A stretch of DNA of 64,000 bases from Squalus acanthias (Eukaryota), in assembly GCA_030390025.1 (NCBI GenBank), contig CM059432.1, positions 72,356,001 to 72,420,000 on the forward strand, written 5' to 3'. This document shows positions 49,567 to 61,427 of the stretch, in pieces (position 1 is the first letter of the stretch; every line of letters begins with the position of its first letter). The translations under genes and the position numbers were made by a program. The notes below the pieces were generated by a model. It worked only from the letters and a program-made list of their open reading frames with translations, was not told the origin of the DNA and did no database searches.

Positions 49567-50290
49567 GGGTTGGATTTTGAATGACCCATGGAGTCGGGTT
49601 TGGAGGCGTGTGGGGGGTTAAATTTGCGTGGTCGGGGTTTCCGACCCCATCCCGCCTCCACGCAATTTTGACAAAATCAGTCGCGGGGTTCCCGACTCCG
49701 TCCCGCCTCCAAGAGGCCATTAAAGCACTTAACAAGCCCTAAATTGGGTCTGTAATGCTATTTTGAAATGTTGTAGCTAGTTTAACCCTTTTCTGACGTG
49801 AAGCACGCCTGGTGTGAAACACTCCAGTGAAACCTGGCGGGAGCACAAGTGGATATCTGACTATCGGCTGCAGGTCCACTATTACAACGGAGATGTAATG
49901 AAGGTAGTAGTAGTATTAGGTGTGATAGTCGCCTCTGATACTGCTACCATTTGGTGTAAGAGGACTTGGATGCAAAAAAAATCTCTCTCTCTCTCTCTCT
50001 CTCTCATATTTGCATCCAGGTCCAGTTACAACAGAAGCAATGCAGACAGGTCCTCTCTCACCAGTAGCCAGACAATCTCTGAGAGCAGTCTCTGACCTGC
50101 AATGATGACATCATCAGAGGCGACTTTCAGACTGAAACCACTAATTAGTTCATGGGTTCCCACATGCTGCAACTCAATTGCCCAATTAAGTGAAAATTAC
50201 ATCAGGCATCCACATTAATCTGGAGTCGGGGGGGAAACACGGAATGCGGATTACACGACCCCAACCCGACCCCAAGACAAAATCCAGCCC
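49567..50290. mobile_element. Harbinger-type MITE
   Basis: TIRs GGGTTGGATTTTG and GGGCTGGATTTTG; perfect TSD AAT (49564-49566, 50291-50293). Confidence 0.85.
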
Positions 50291-50644
50291 AATGTTTCTC
50301 TAAGAAATGTTCAATCTTTTCCTTGCCTTGTGCTGCATACAATTGTGTCTTCTCAAGGATTCTCTTGCTTTTGCTTTCCTTTCCATTTTCTATTCTACCA
50401 ACCGTAGCATTAGATGTACTTGCTGAGAAAAGTATGGAACCATTTTTAATGCTGAAATTAGGACTGTTGCTGTGCCAACTTAACATAGTAAAAAACATCT
50501 GTACATTAACATAAACACATCTATAGTTGAAAATGTTGGGTGTGACTAAGCATCTTATAATTGGTACTGATATTGCATCTAGAATGCATCTTAATGTTTG
50601 TGTTTGAATGTTTGGCAATAGGAGGCTGTTCTCTTGCTTAAAGT

Positions 50645-53075
50645 ATAGAAACATAAAAACATAGAAGATAGGAGCAGGAGTAGGCCATTCGGCCCCTCGA
50701 GCCTGCTCCGCCATTTAATGAGATCATGGCCGATCATCCAAATTCAGTACCCTGTCCCTGCTTTCTCCCCATATCCCTTGATCCCTTTAACCTTAAGAAA
50801 TATATCTATCTCCTTCTTGAATATATTTAATGAATTGGCCTCACCTGCCTTCTGTGGTAGAGAATTCCACAGGTTCACCACTCTCTGGGTGAAGAAATTC
50901 CTCCTCATCTCAGTCCTAAATGGCTTACCCCTTATCCTTAGACTGTGACCCCTGGTTCTGGACTCCCCCGCCATCGGGAACATCCTTCCTGCATCTAGTC
51001 TGTCTAGTCCTGTTAGAATTTTATAAGTTTCAATGAGATCCCCTCTCATTCTTCTAAACTCTAGCGAATACAAGCCCAATCGTCACAATCTCTCTTCATA
51101 CGTCATTCCTGCCATCCCAGGTATCAGTCTGGTGAATCTTCGTTGCACTCCCTCCATGGCAAGAACATCCTTCCTCAGATAAGGCGACCAAAACTGCACA
51201 CAATACTCAAGGTGTGGTCTCACCAAGGCCCTGTACAACTGCAGCAAGACATCCTTGCTCCTGTACTCGAATCCTCTCGCTATGAAGGCCAACATACCAT
51301 TTGCCTTCTTAACTGCCTGCTACACCTGCATGCTTACCTTCAACGACTGGTGCACAAGGACTCCCAGGTCTCGTTGCACTTCCCCTTTTCCCAATCTATT
51401 ACCGTTCAGATAATAATCTGCCTTCCTGTTTTTGCCACCAAAGTGGATAACCTCGCATTTATCCACATTATACTGCATCTGCCATGCATCTGCCCAATCA
51501 CCCAACTTGTCCAAATCATACTGGAGTTTCTCTGCATCCTCCTCACAACACACACGCCCACCCAACTTTGTGCCGTCTGCAAACTTGGAGATATTACATC
51601 TAGTTCCCTCATCTAGATCATTAATATATATTGTGAATGACTGGGGTCCTAGCACCGATCCCTGCGGTACCCCACTAGTCACTGCCTGCCACTCGGAAAA
51701 AGACCCGTTTATTCCAACTCTTTGCTTCCTGTCTGCCAACCAGTTCTCTATCCAAGTCAGTACCTTACCCCCAATCCCATGTACTTTAACTTTGCACGCC
51801 AATCTCTTATGCGGGACCTTATCGAAAGCCTTCTGAAAGTCCAAATACACCACATCCACTGGTTCTCCCTTATCTATTCTACCAGTTACATCCTCAAAAA
51901 ATTCCAGTAGATTAGTCAAGCATGATTTACCTTTTGTAAATCCATGTTGACTTTGTCCGATCCTGTCACTGTTTTCCACGTGCTCTGCTATTACATCTTT
52001 TATAATGGACTCTAGCATTTTGCCCGTTTTCTCTCTCCCACCTTTTTTAAATAGTGGGGTTACATTAGCTACCCTCCAATCCATGGGAACTGTTCCAGAG
52101 TCTATAGAATTTTGGAAGATGACCAGCAATGCATCTGCTATTTCTAGGGCCACTTCCTTAAGTACCCTAGGATGTAGGTTATCAGGCCCTGGGGATTTAT
52201 CGGCCTTCAATCCCATCAATTTTCCTAACACCATTTCCCTACAAATACTGATTTCATTCAGTTCTTCCCTCTCATTAGACCCTATGTTCCCCGACACCTC
52301 TGGGAGGTTATTTGTGTCCTCCTTTGTGAAGACAGAACCAAAGTATGTATTTAATTGGTCTGCCATTTCTTTGTTCCCCATTATAAATTCCCCTGATTCT
52401 GACTGCAAGGGACCTACGCTTGACTTCACCAATCTTTTTCTCTTCACATATCTATAGAAGCTTTTACAGTCAGTTTTTATGTTCCCTGCAAGCTTACTCT
52501 CATATTCTATTTTCCCCCTCTTAATTAATCCCTTTGTCCTCCTTTGCTGAATCCTAAACTGCTCCCAATCCTCAGGTTTGCTGCTTTTTTCTGGCCAATT
52601 TATATGTACTCTCCTTGGATCTTATGCTATCCCTAATTTCCCTTGTTAGCCACGGTTGAGTCACCTTTATTGTTTTATTTTTATGCCAAACAGGGATGAA
52701 CAAATTCTGTAGTTCATCCATGCGATCTTTAAATGTTTGCCATTGCCTATCCACCGTCAACCCTTTAAGTAACGTTCCCCAATCCATCCTAGCCAATTCG
52801 CGCCTCATACCATCATAGTTTCCTTTATTTAAATTCAGGACCCTAGTCTCTGAGTCAACTACTTCACTCTCCATCTTAATGAAGAATTCTATCATATTAT
52901 GATCGCTCCTCCCCAAGGGGCCTCGCACAACAAGATTGCTAATGAATCCTTTCTCATTACATAATACCCAGTCTAAGATCTCTAGTTGGTTCCTCGACAT
53001 ATTGGTCCAGGAAACCATCCCGTATACACTCCCGGAATTCTTCCTCCACAGTATTGTTACTAATTTGGTTAGCCC
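50645..53075 (-). mobile_element. CR1 LINE ORF2 (end of APE through RT) and 3' UTR
   Basis: ORFs 52572..53315 (part), 51320..52447, 51083..51295 and 50744..51079 with standard RT motifs; acatagaa tail. Confidence 0.95.
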
Positions 53076-54330
53076 ATAGAACCATAGAAGTTTACAGCAT
53101 AGGAGGAGGCAATTCGACTCAATGGGCTGGATTTTGATACTGGGGACGTGATGGAGGCGGGACTCCCACTTTTTGGGTTGTAGTCCCGCCTCCATCGACT
53201 TGTGGCCAACCCACTGTATTTTCCCTTGATTGACCTTGTTGAGCCCGCCCAGTGAGCTCAGCAGGCCAATTAAGGGCCACCCCGCAACAGGTGACGTCAC
53301 AGATTGACATTTCATCTGTCAAGAGCTTTTGACAGATGAAATATCAGCATTTGACAGCTCTGTGAAGCTGTCAAACACTGACAATTTGTCTTCTGACTTG
53401 AGTCCTTCCTCTCAGGCTGAGTTAGAAATCATTCCAGCACAGAAAACAGAGGCTGAAACTTTTGACAGCACCACGGCCTTTCTGCTTTCTGTACCGGTGA
53501 GATTTCTGACTCCCGAGAACTGAAGGGCTGACACCTGCAGGAGGAAGTTAAGGTAAGTAAAACTTTTCCCCACACTTTGCACTTACCTTACACATTTACC
53601 TTTGCACACATGCACCCATCACTCACCTGCCCACCGGACATATCGACCCCTCCAACCCCTGCAGACCCACGGTCCGCCTCGCTAACTTGGCGTGGTTGGC
53701 ACCTGTCGGGAAGCCCACATTTCAGCTTTCAAAATAGGGATTAGGCAAAAAACTGCCTGTTAACTACCTGTTAACAGGCAGTTAATTGTCACTAATCCCC
53801 TTCCCGCCTCGGGGAGGCGGGTCCCAGCACAGGTCGGGTACCCACCGCCAGCGGGTTGGGGTCGGGACCCCCGAATCTGCAACTTTAACCCCCCACACGC
53901 CTCCAAACCCGACTCCACAGGTCAATGAAAATCCAGCCCATTGTGTCTGTGCGGACTCTTTGCTAGAGCAATCCATAACTAATCCCACTCTCCTGCTCTC
54001 TCTTCATTGCCCTGCATTAGCATCTGCTTTAAATGTTTATTTACTTTCCTGTAAAAGATGCAGTGACCTGTGTCTCAACTATTCCATGGAAAAGTATTTA
54101 ATGCATTAACAGCTCACTACGTAAAGAAATTTCTGCTTACCCCCTCCTCACTTCCGGTGACTATTTTAAATTGATGACCCCTTATGGCTGGTGACACCTC
54201 ATCACTGACTCCCCAGCCAGAGAAATAGTCCTTTCCTATTCACCAGATCAAAATCCTTCATCATTTTAAAAGAATCAAATGTTTTCACTTCTCTGCTCCA
54301 GTGCAAATAGTTTCATTATCTCATGTTTCA
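53076..54330 (-). mobile_element. Older CR1 3' end, split by a MITE
   Basis: catagaaccatagaag...gaggcaattcgactc continues after 53942 into a decayed CR1 3' region. Confidence 0.6.
53124..53939. mobile_element. Harbinger-type MITE
   Basis: TIRs GGGCTGGATTTT at both ends; TSD AAT/ATT; left part similar to 29999-30265, right part to 49567-49730. Confidence 0.85.
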
Positions 54331-54729
54331 CAACTATAGTTTCTCATTCCTCATATAATGCTGATAAATCCACGTAGTACATGCTCTATGTCCAGCTGCA
54401 GTAAAGTACATTTCTACTCACCTAGAGTCGCTCCATGGCAGCACTCTGCACCAGAACACAGACCAACGTGATTTCAATGGATAATGAAAATCATGTGATT
54501 TCTATAACAGCTGATCTGCAATGCCAGGTGGCAAGTTCAAAACTACCATAATACTTTTAAGGACATTTATGATTGATTGATCATTGCACAGTTCTAATAT
54601 TGCCTCAATCTATTTCTTGTGTGTCTGCAAATTGTAAGTTAATGTAACCTGCAGAAGTTTGTTTTTTGTTTAGTGTTCTGCCATTTTGAGTTGACTGAAA
54701 ATGTAGTACAAGGCCAGTATGGTGATGGT

Positions 54730-55192
54730 GTCAGCTGTGGCTAAGTTGGTAGCATCCTCGCCTCTGAGTGAGAAGGTTGTGGGTTCAAGTCCCACACCAG
54801 GGACTTGAGCACAAAAATCTAGGCTGACACTCCAGTGCAATACTGAGGGAGTGCTGCACTGTCAGAGGTGCCGTCTTTCAGATGAGACGTTAAACCGAGG
54901 CCCGGTCTGCTCTCTCAGGTGAACGTAAAAGATCCCATGGCACTATTTCGAAGAAGAGCAGGAGAGTTATCCCCGGTGTCCTAGCCAATATTTATTCCTC
55001 AATCAACATAACAAAAACAGATTATCTGGTCATTATCACATTGCTGTTTGTGGGAGCTTGCTATGCGCAAATTGGCTGCTGCGTTACCTACATTACAACA
55101 GTGACTATACTCTAAAAAAGTACTTCATTGGCTGTAAAGCGCTTTGAGACATCCAGTGGTCGTGAAAGACGCTATATAAATGCAAGTTTTTT
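54730..55192 (+). mobile_element. Full-length tRNA-derived Deu-domain SINE (SacSINE1/AmnSINE-like) with L2-like tail
   Basis: A box TGGCTAAGTTGG, B box GGTTCAAGTCC, central gtctttcagatgagacgttaaaccgagg...aaagatcccatggcact, and tail aaagcgctttgagac...gctatataaatgcaag shared with the L2 ends here. Confidence 0.85.
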
Positions 55193-55239
55193 TTTAACTG
55201 CAATTGCCATAATTGATATCTCTATAAATCATCTGCTGA

Positions 55240-56500
55240 GCCACGTCCTAGCCACTGTCACTGCCGAATTCAAACTCTATAACATTGGGCACCTCTAATT
55301 TTACCTCATGCCTACTGCTGCTGAAACACTTATCCACACAGTTGTTACTTCCAGACTCAATGGTGGGGAATTTTAATCCCCCAGGATAGGCGGGAGAGGG
55401 GTGGGGGCTGCAGTTTAAAATTCAAAAATGGGAAACCCGACCCCAACATGTCTCCAACGCGCCAACTTCTGGTTTTAACGGAGGCAGGTTGGGGGGGCGG
55501 GCAACTAACCTGCTCTCCAGAGACGGGTCCCTAATTTTAAAATTTTAATGAGGCTGCGTGGCCCAAATTTTAGCTGTGTTTCAAATCTAACTCCTGCAGG
55601 CCGGGTTTCCTAGGGCTTGGGAAATCAGGCAGCTGAAGGGAGGCTAAAATGGCTGGATCAAGCGGTTAAGTGCCTTTCCAGCACTGCTTGTGGGCCAGGA
55701 GGAGCAGGGGAGCTTTCCCCAGCCCTCAAGCTAACCTGTTTCCTACACCCCAAGATCAGAACCCCCTCCCTGCGATCAATCCCTCCCTCCCTCTCTCCAC
55801 TCCGCTCCCCAGCTGCGGCCTGGTGCCACAGGCCTTCCCGCCTGACAGCCAGCCAGCCTCTCAATCTGTCTGGCTGCCAGCTGGGAATCGGAGTCCAAAA
55901 ATTTAAATCAGGTCCTGTCATTAAATTCGGTTGGACTTCCAGGTAACCCATACTTCTGGGTTTCCCGGCCAATAAACCATCCCTTCTGCCTCCCCTTAAA
56001 TATAGGGGCCAATTACTCTTAACGTATTCCTGTGGCCTCCTGAGATCAGCTCTTTGCAAACTACAACTCGTTCAAAATTCCACTGCCTGCAACTTGTCTT
56101 ACACTAAATCCCATTCCCGTCTTCTGCCTTTTCCCCAACCTTGGCTCCCTATCTGGAATGCATGTGGAAATCCTTGTCCTTGTCTACAAATCCCCTGCCC
56201 CTCCCCTCATCTCAACAACCTTCTTCAGCGCTATGCTCCTACATGTACCTACCTCTATTCCAGCCACTTTTGCACCCTCTGCCTCTGCTCCACTTTTGGT
56301 CACAAAACCCTCAGCCATCAGACCAACAGTCTGGAATGCTCTCTCTAAACCCCTCCATCTTGCTACCTCTCTCCCCTTCTACAAAAGCCTTTCAAAATCT
56401 ATCTTTTTGATCATGGCTTCAGCCACCACCACCAATCCTTCTCCCACCGTTGCTTGGTATCCAGTTTTGTTTGCTGCTGTGAGCACTTTCGGATTATTTT
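55240..56500 (+). mobile_element. Decayed L2 ORF2 3' region, split by a MITE
   Basis: AETLIH..VTSRL|...KLQLVQNS motif across the insertion. Confidence 0.7.
55362..56010 (+). mobile_element. Harbinger-type MITE with imperfect TIRs
   Basis: TSD AAT (55359-55361, 56011-56013); interrupts L2 coding sequence cleanly. Confidence 0.8.
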
Positions 56501-57894
56501 TATTTTAGAGACATTAGTGTACGTTGTTGATGCTGCAAATATTTGCCCTTCGGCCTTTTGTACATGTGTATGGTGCTCTAGAAATAGAAATAGTTCACAC
56601 TGATTTAAGTCAGTATCTGAAATAGCAACATTTGAATCATTTTTAGCTTTGACTTCAGTTTCTAATCCATACCTATTGGGAGGGAATTGTTCATGCGTAG
56701 ACCTTTTTAAACCCTGTGTGCTCATCTTTGCATTATATCAATGTACTACGTACTTGAAAACACTTTAACCTGCGAATGATGATATCATACAAATGCTTAA
56801 CCCACTTGGATTAAACTAACAGAGGTATTAATCCCATTTAAAATAAACAGTAATGCCCCCCATTAAAAAAGTACAGAGGAATTTGATAAAAGCAAATTAA
56901 ATATTCATGCAATATTGCTCTATTTTCCAGACTTGCATGTGATCTATAAGAACATACAGAATGAGAAAAAGTCATTCAGCTCATCGAGCACGCTTTCTTT
57001 TAAAGGCCCATACAACTTGCCCTGTCATGGACACTATCCAATTAATTCAATCTCGAGGGATTAATCTGCCACAGGTCAAACATCTCAGAAATCAAAGCTG
57101 AAATTTCTCTCGGAACCTCATATAAGTATTTTCCTGAGTAGAATTTAGATGCAAGATTAAAATCAAAGTAATTATCAGTCAGTTAAGCTTACTTGTAGGA
57201 AGCAAAGAGACACTGACATTTTCTTCTACACTGATGAATCAGATCATTGTCTCAGCACGTATCCTGTTGACAATGGCCAAAAGTAAAATGTGCTCGGGGC
57301 TACTTTTTGCTCTCACTGGGTCTGTTTAATTCCAGGACTGTCAGAAAACAAATTCCTGGTGGTCAGTTAAACCATCTGGATTTAATGTGTGTCTGCTACA
57401 ATAAGCCAGTTACAGCAACCCTTCTGCTTTTCTACATTATAACCTCAGCTTTATGTGTCTGCATAGCCTGAGAACAGGAAACAAATGCAGGAAATGCACA
57501 AAGTTTTAATCTTCTCACCTCAATGAATCACTGAAATCGCAATGTATTCATGGCAGTGTGGATGCAATGTTCTCCAGCTTTCTGAAGATATATTAGTTTG
57601 TTATTTTCCAGATTTTCAACATTCATTCTTTTAGATACTGTGGACAATCTTGCTCATTCATCAGTTGTATATATTTAGATTGGATATAGGAAGAAAACAA
57701 TGATTTCAGAATATATTGGTTTTGTCAACAAAAGTAACATTGGATGTTATGAAAACTTGAATGATTGAACTGATGTGTGAAATAACTTTAATACGGATGC
57801 CTTCCTCCTGGTTGGAGAAGAAACAAGACAGCAGAGTTTCACTGTCATTTCTATTGGCTTCACTAAAGTCTACTTATAAAAACCTGAAAACAAT

Positions 57895-58615
57895 TGTAAG
57901 AGGTTCTGATTGTCTGACAGTTTATAGAGTTCAGACCCGTGGAACAGACAACACAAAACCCAATGAATCTGTGAAACTTCTTTTACTTAAAAATCAACAA
58001 GAGGTTACAAGTAAATTACCAGAATACAAACTGTACTCAATTCATGTACTTATTACAAGCAAGCATCGAAAATCATTTACTTTCTCAGGTGATTATAAGC
58101 AAAACCACATACATACTATTCACCAGATGAGAGGTCAATTCAGCGATGATAGACGTATGACTAACTTTAACTGGCAACTGACCAGGTCGCCATCTACTAT
58201 AGCCCCGACTGCAGCGCCGAATGTTTTGAAACAGTACCTTTTATACCCCAAAATTTGGCAACCCTGCATACGTGTCCCTAACTATACGGCATAATGGTTG
58301 GCAGTTGTTTCCCAGACCCTTTTATCACTAGTCCATTAGGCAACTCTGGGCCTTCAAGGCTAGGTACATTCCATAGACTGAGGATGTTTCTGTTATTGCA
58401 CTGATTTCACAGTTCCCACAGAACTTCAATAAGCTTGTTTTCCATATCTGTTGAAAGACAATTGGCAGCTTTTACAGCTTACAAGTCAAACAGTTTATTT
58501 TACAAAGTTCTCACAGCAACCAGTCTTTGTCCTCGCGAAGCATGATGGTAAAATTTGGTCACTTTTAGATTCAGTCAAATGGAGATTCAGTCAAGTTTAC
58601 CATGACAGTGTTACA
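57895..58615 (-). mobile_element. Putative 3' LTR (~720 bp) of an env-bearing retroelement
   Basis: Minus strand starts TGTAAC just after a purine tract GAGGGTGGA (58621-58629), contains TATAAAAG (58238-58245) and AGTAAA (57982-57987), and ends CTTACA. No second LTR is present to confirm it. Confidence 0.6.
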
Positions 58616-58653
58616 TATTATCCACCCTCAAGTGTCTGAACCTGAATTTAAGG

Positions 58654-60580
58654 TCATATGTTGTCGTCGTCTTCTTCTTTCTGGGTCTTCTGTAACAGCT
58701 TGACCAATGCTTGCTGCTTGTGGCGTCTGTTGACTCGACAAGTTATTATTAATAAGTATAACACAATCACCAACTGAACAACGACTAAAACATGGGAGAT
58801 AATTCTTATCCAGGGGTGTACCTCGATATTCATACCGATATCCCACCAAGACGAATCATCCCCAATCTTAGATATTTTTTCGCGTAGGTTCCGGTTTTCC
58901 TGGGCCAGGGTATAAAAGTACTTTTGGGACTGACTAACTCATTGCATTAACTCTACCAGGTGTTCTGGCAGAGGTGGAATGTCATAGCCGAATTGAGTCA
59001 CATACTGGTGTAATTGCTCTTTTAATTTAACTTCTACAGCGATATCTACTTGCCTATGCGAATAAATGCTTAATAAAACCCGCGCCCCAAGTCTTACAGG
59101 TTGGACTGGGGTAAAGCAAAAAGTTCCCGCCGCAATGGGACAAGTCAGGTTGTTACTGTACTGGTATTCCCGGTGTATGGTGGTGACACAATACTCACCT
59201 TTCCCTTGGTACGCAGATTGTACGGGGAAAAGCTGTCCTGCAACCACTTTCATGGTGCAGTTCCATTCTATCCCATCCCAATCAAATCCGCATGCAGGTG
59301 CTGCGTGTTCTACCACGTCATAAGGGCAGATGAATGTATCCCAAGCTTGAGCGCACCCGGTAAGATCTGAGGCCACCCAAGTGGTTGGATCCACCCGGGT
59401 CGCATACTGCGGTGGTTCGTCATACATTACTAAGTGGTCTCTCTGACGTATTCCTATATTCTTCACGCGGAATAGAGGATTTGGGGTTGCCTTTTCGTGC
59501 AGGATGGGATAATACAATACCATCCCTAATAAGGTGATGTCGTTCTGTTTCTGCAAATGGCATTCATGTTTCACCGGGTGCACCTGTACCAACCCCCTGA
59601 CTTGGCACATAGTTATGGTAAATTGATAAGTGGACATTGCCCTCAGGTGTCGATCAGTCACCCACAAGGGAAATTTCCCCTCAGCAATGCTCTGCAGGTT
59701 TTCACGGGCTTGTTCCACTAACCAAGATCCATACATTACACACACATCATTTCGTGCGGCCTCACTAGAGGCATTCAGATTCTCCTTCAAAATTTGGTTT
59801 ATCTTTTTAGCATAGGATTCTAAATAGTTAACCACGTCCTGCAAATGAATGGTCAGAATTTGGACCTCCTTCAATTCCTCTTGTTCCAGACCATTCATTT
59901 TATTCAGAATTTCCTTTAGACGATTTCTAACTGCCTTTACGGATTGATCCAAATCAGCCAAATCAAGACTATTAACGAGGGAGGTTCCGGTATTAAAAAC
60001 AGTGGCTGTATCATTTATCAGACCCCGCCGTGTACTGATATGGTCCCCTTTAACCCCGTAACCGACGTTGTTTCCTTCAGTGATCTCAGTATTTTTCCCA
60101 AAATTATTGTTAAATCCATTACCATCTCCTGAGCCCTTGCGATATAATGGCTCTTTCCCAAAATCCTTTTATTAATTCCCGCACCATTCTCCCATAAAAC
60201 CGCGCTGTTTCTGGTTTGCACCAGTTCAGTATTCCCACCTCACTCGGTTTCAATATCACTGGCACCACCTCGTGATGCACATCATGGTACAATATCATCC
60301 GAGTTGGGTTACCACGAACCCATTGGTCGGTCCCAGGGTGTGTTGGGGACGGACAGCCTGGGTTTCCTGTTGTTCTTCCTGCGATTGTGTTTTATTTGTA
60401 GGGGAGGGGAAGTTTAGGACGGACTTTCAATTCCACTGTGTGTATTATTCTGTTTTTACATTCCAGCACATGATAATGTGTGCAACCCTCTGCTCCCTCC
60501 CCATCCACAAACCCCATTGGTAGGGACCCCTGTCCTCTATACTATTCGCTTGAATACTTTTCCCGCTGTACAATGTCTTC
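58654..60580 (-). pseudogene. Endogenous viral envelope / class I fusion glycoprotein
   Basis: STRR|GLINDTATVFNTGTSLVNSLDL, heptads, Cys-rich 340-aa ORF 58939..59961. Beyond the TGA the frame continues with a second heptad, SSWWDIG, TM IISHVLVVVQLVIVLYLLII and a basic tail to stop at 58654. Confidence 0.8.
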
Positions 60581-61269
60581 TGTTCAATTCTATTATTCAA
60601 TTACTGGGCTCAAGTCAATGATAACTCTACTTGTAAAACAGTGCAAATACAAGAGGATTATTGACTGACTGATTCAGGATGGATGACATTGCCTGAAATT
60701 GACAATTAGAGAAAAGCCTACTTCATTTTAAGAATCCACTATTATTAATGCACTTATTGTCAGTGAGGTGCAGATCTGACATTGTGTTTAGCTGTGTCTT
60801 TTCTTATCTACCCACAGTCTCATGAAAAAGGGATGATCGATCATTCTTGACCCTGGAAATAACTATCTAATGCCAAATTGTGACGAACTTCGCCCCGGCT
60901 GATTTAATTAATACCACTGGGAGTTGCCAAATAGATGAATTTCCCTATCCTCTCTGCTGTAAATTGCATTGTCAGTAATTCTGGAATGTGCTTACTAAGA
61001 TGATTTTTTTTTCAAATGATTGAATGATAGTTTACAAAGACTTTGGAAAATGATTGCCTAAGTAGTGTATAATGGATAAAAATTGTGCAATTAAACATCA
61101 ACCTACTGGAAAATGAGAAACATTTTACAAATTTAATTATACATCCATCTACAAATCTTATATAATCCACCTTCTTGAACCGTTCCCTTTCTTACTGCAG
61201 TAGTGTACTTGTGTAGATACTCTAATTCATGTGTTTCTCCATCAACATTTCTTTCACTCTTTCTCTCTA

Positions 61270-61425
61270 AGCATAACACAACACTCTTTGACTAAATTTT
61301 GGGTCATTTGTCCTTATATCTCCTTCTATGGCTTGGTGTCAAATTTTTATTGATAACACTCCTTTGAAGCACGTTGGGATATTTTACTACATTAAAGGTG
61401 CTATATAAATGCAAGTTGTTGTTGT
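61270..61425 (+). mobile_element. L2 3' tail
   Basis: Matches 10125-10270; ends aaaggtgctatataaatgcaagttgttgttg. Confidence 0.75.
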
Positions 61426-61427
61426 GA

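Noticed and set aside
54735..54800. tRNA gene
   Set aside because: The tRNA-like head continues into a SINE body and tail.
57193..57468. Minus-strand exon-like segment (ttctcag| ... |gtaagc)
   Set aside because: Stops in all three frames; could only be non-coding, and there is no supporting evidence.
57761..58294. 177-aa plus-strand ORF
   Set aside because: No recognisable motif; lies antisense across the putative LTR boundary.
58654..60580. Intact co-opted syncytin-like env gene
   Set aside because: In-frame TGA before the TM segment, two frameshifts and further stops upstream; no signal peptide seen.
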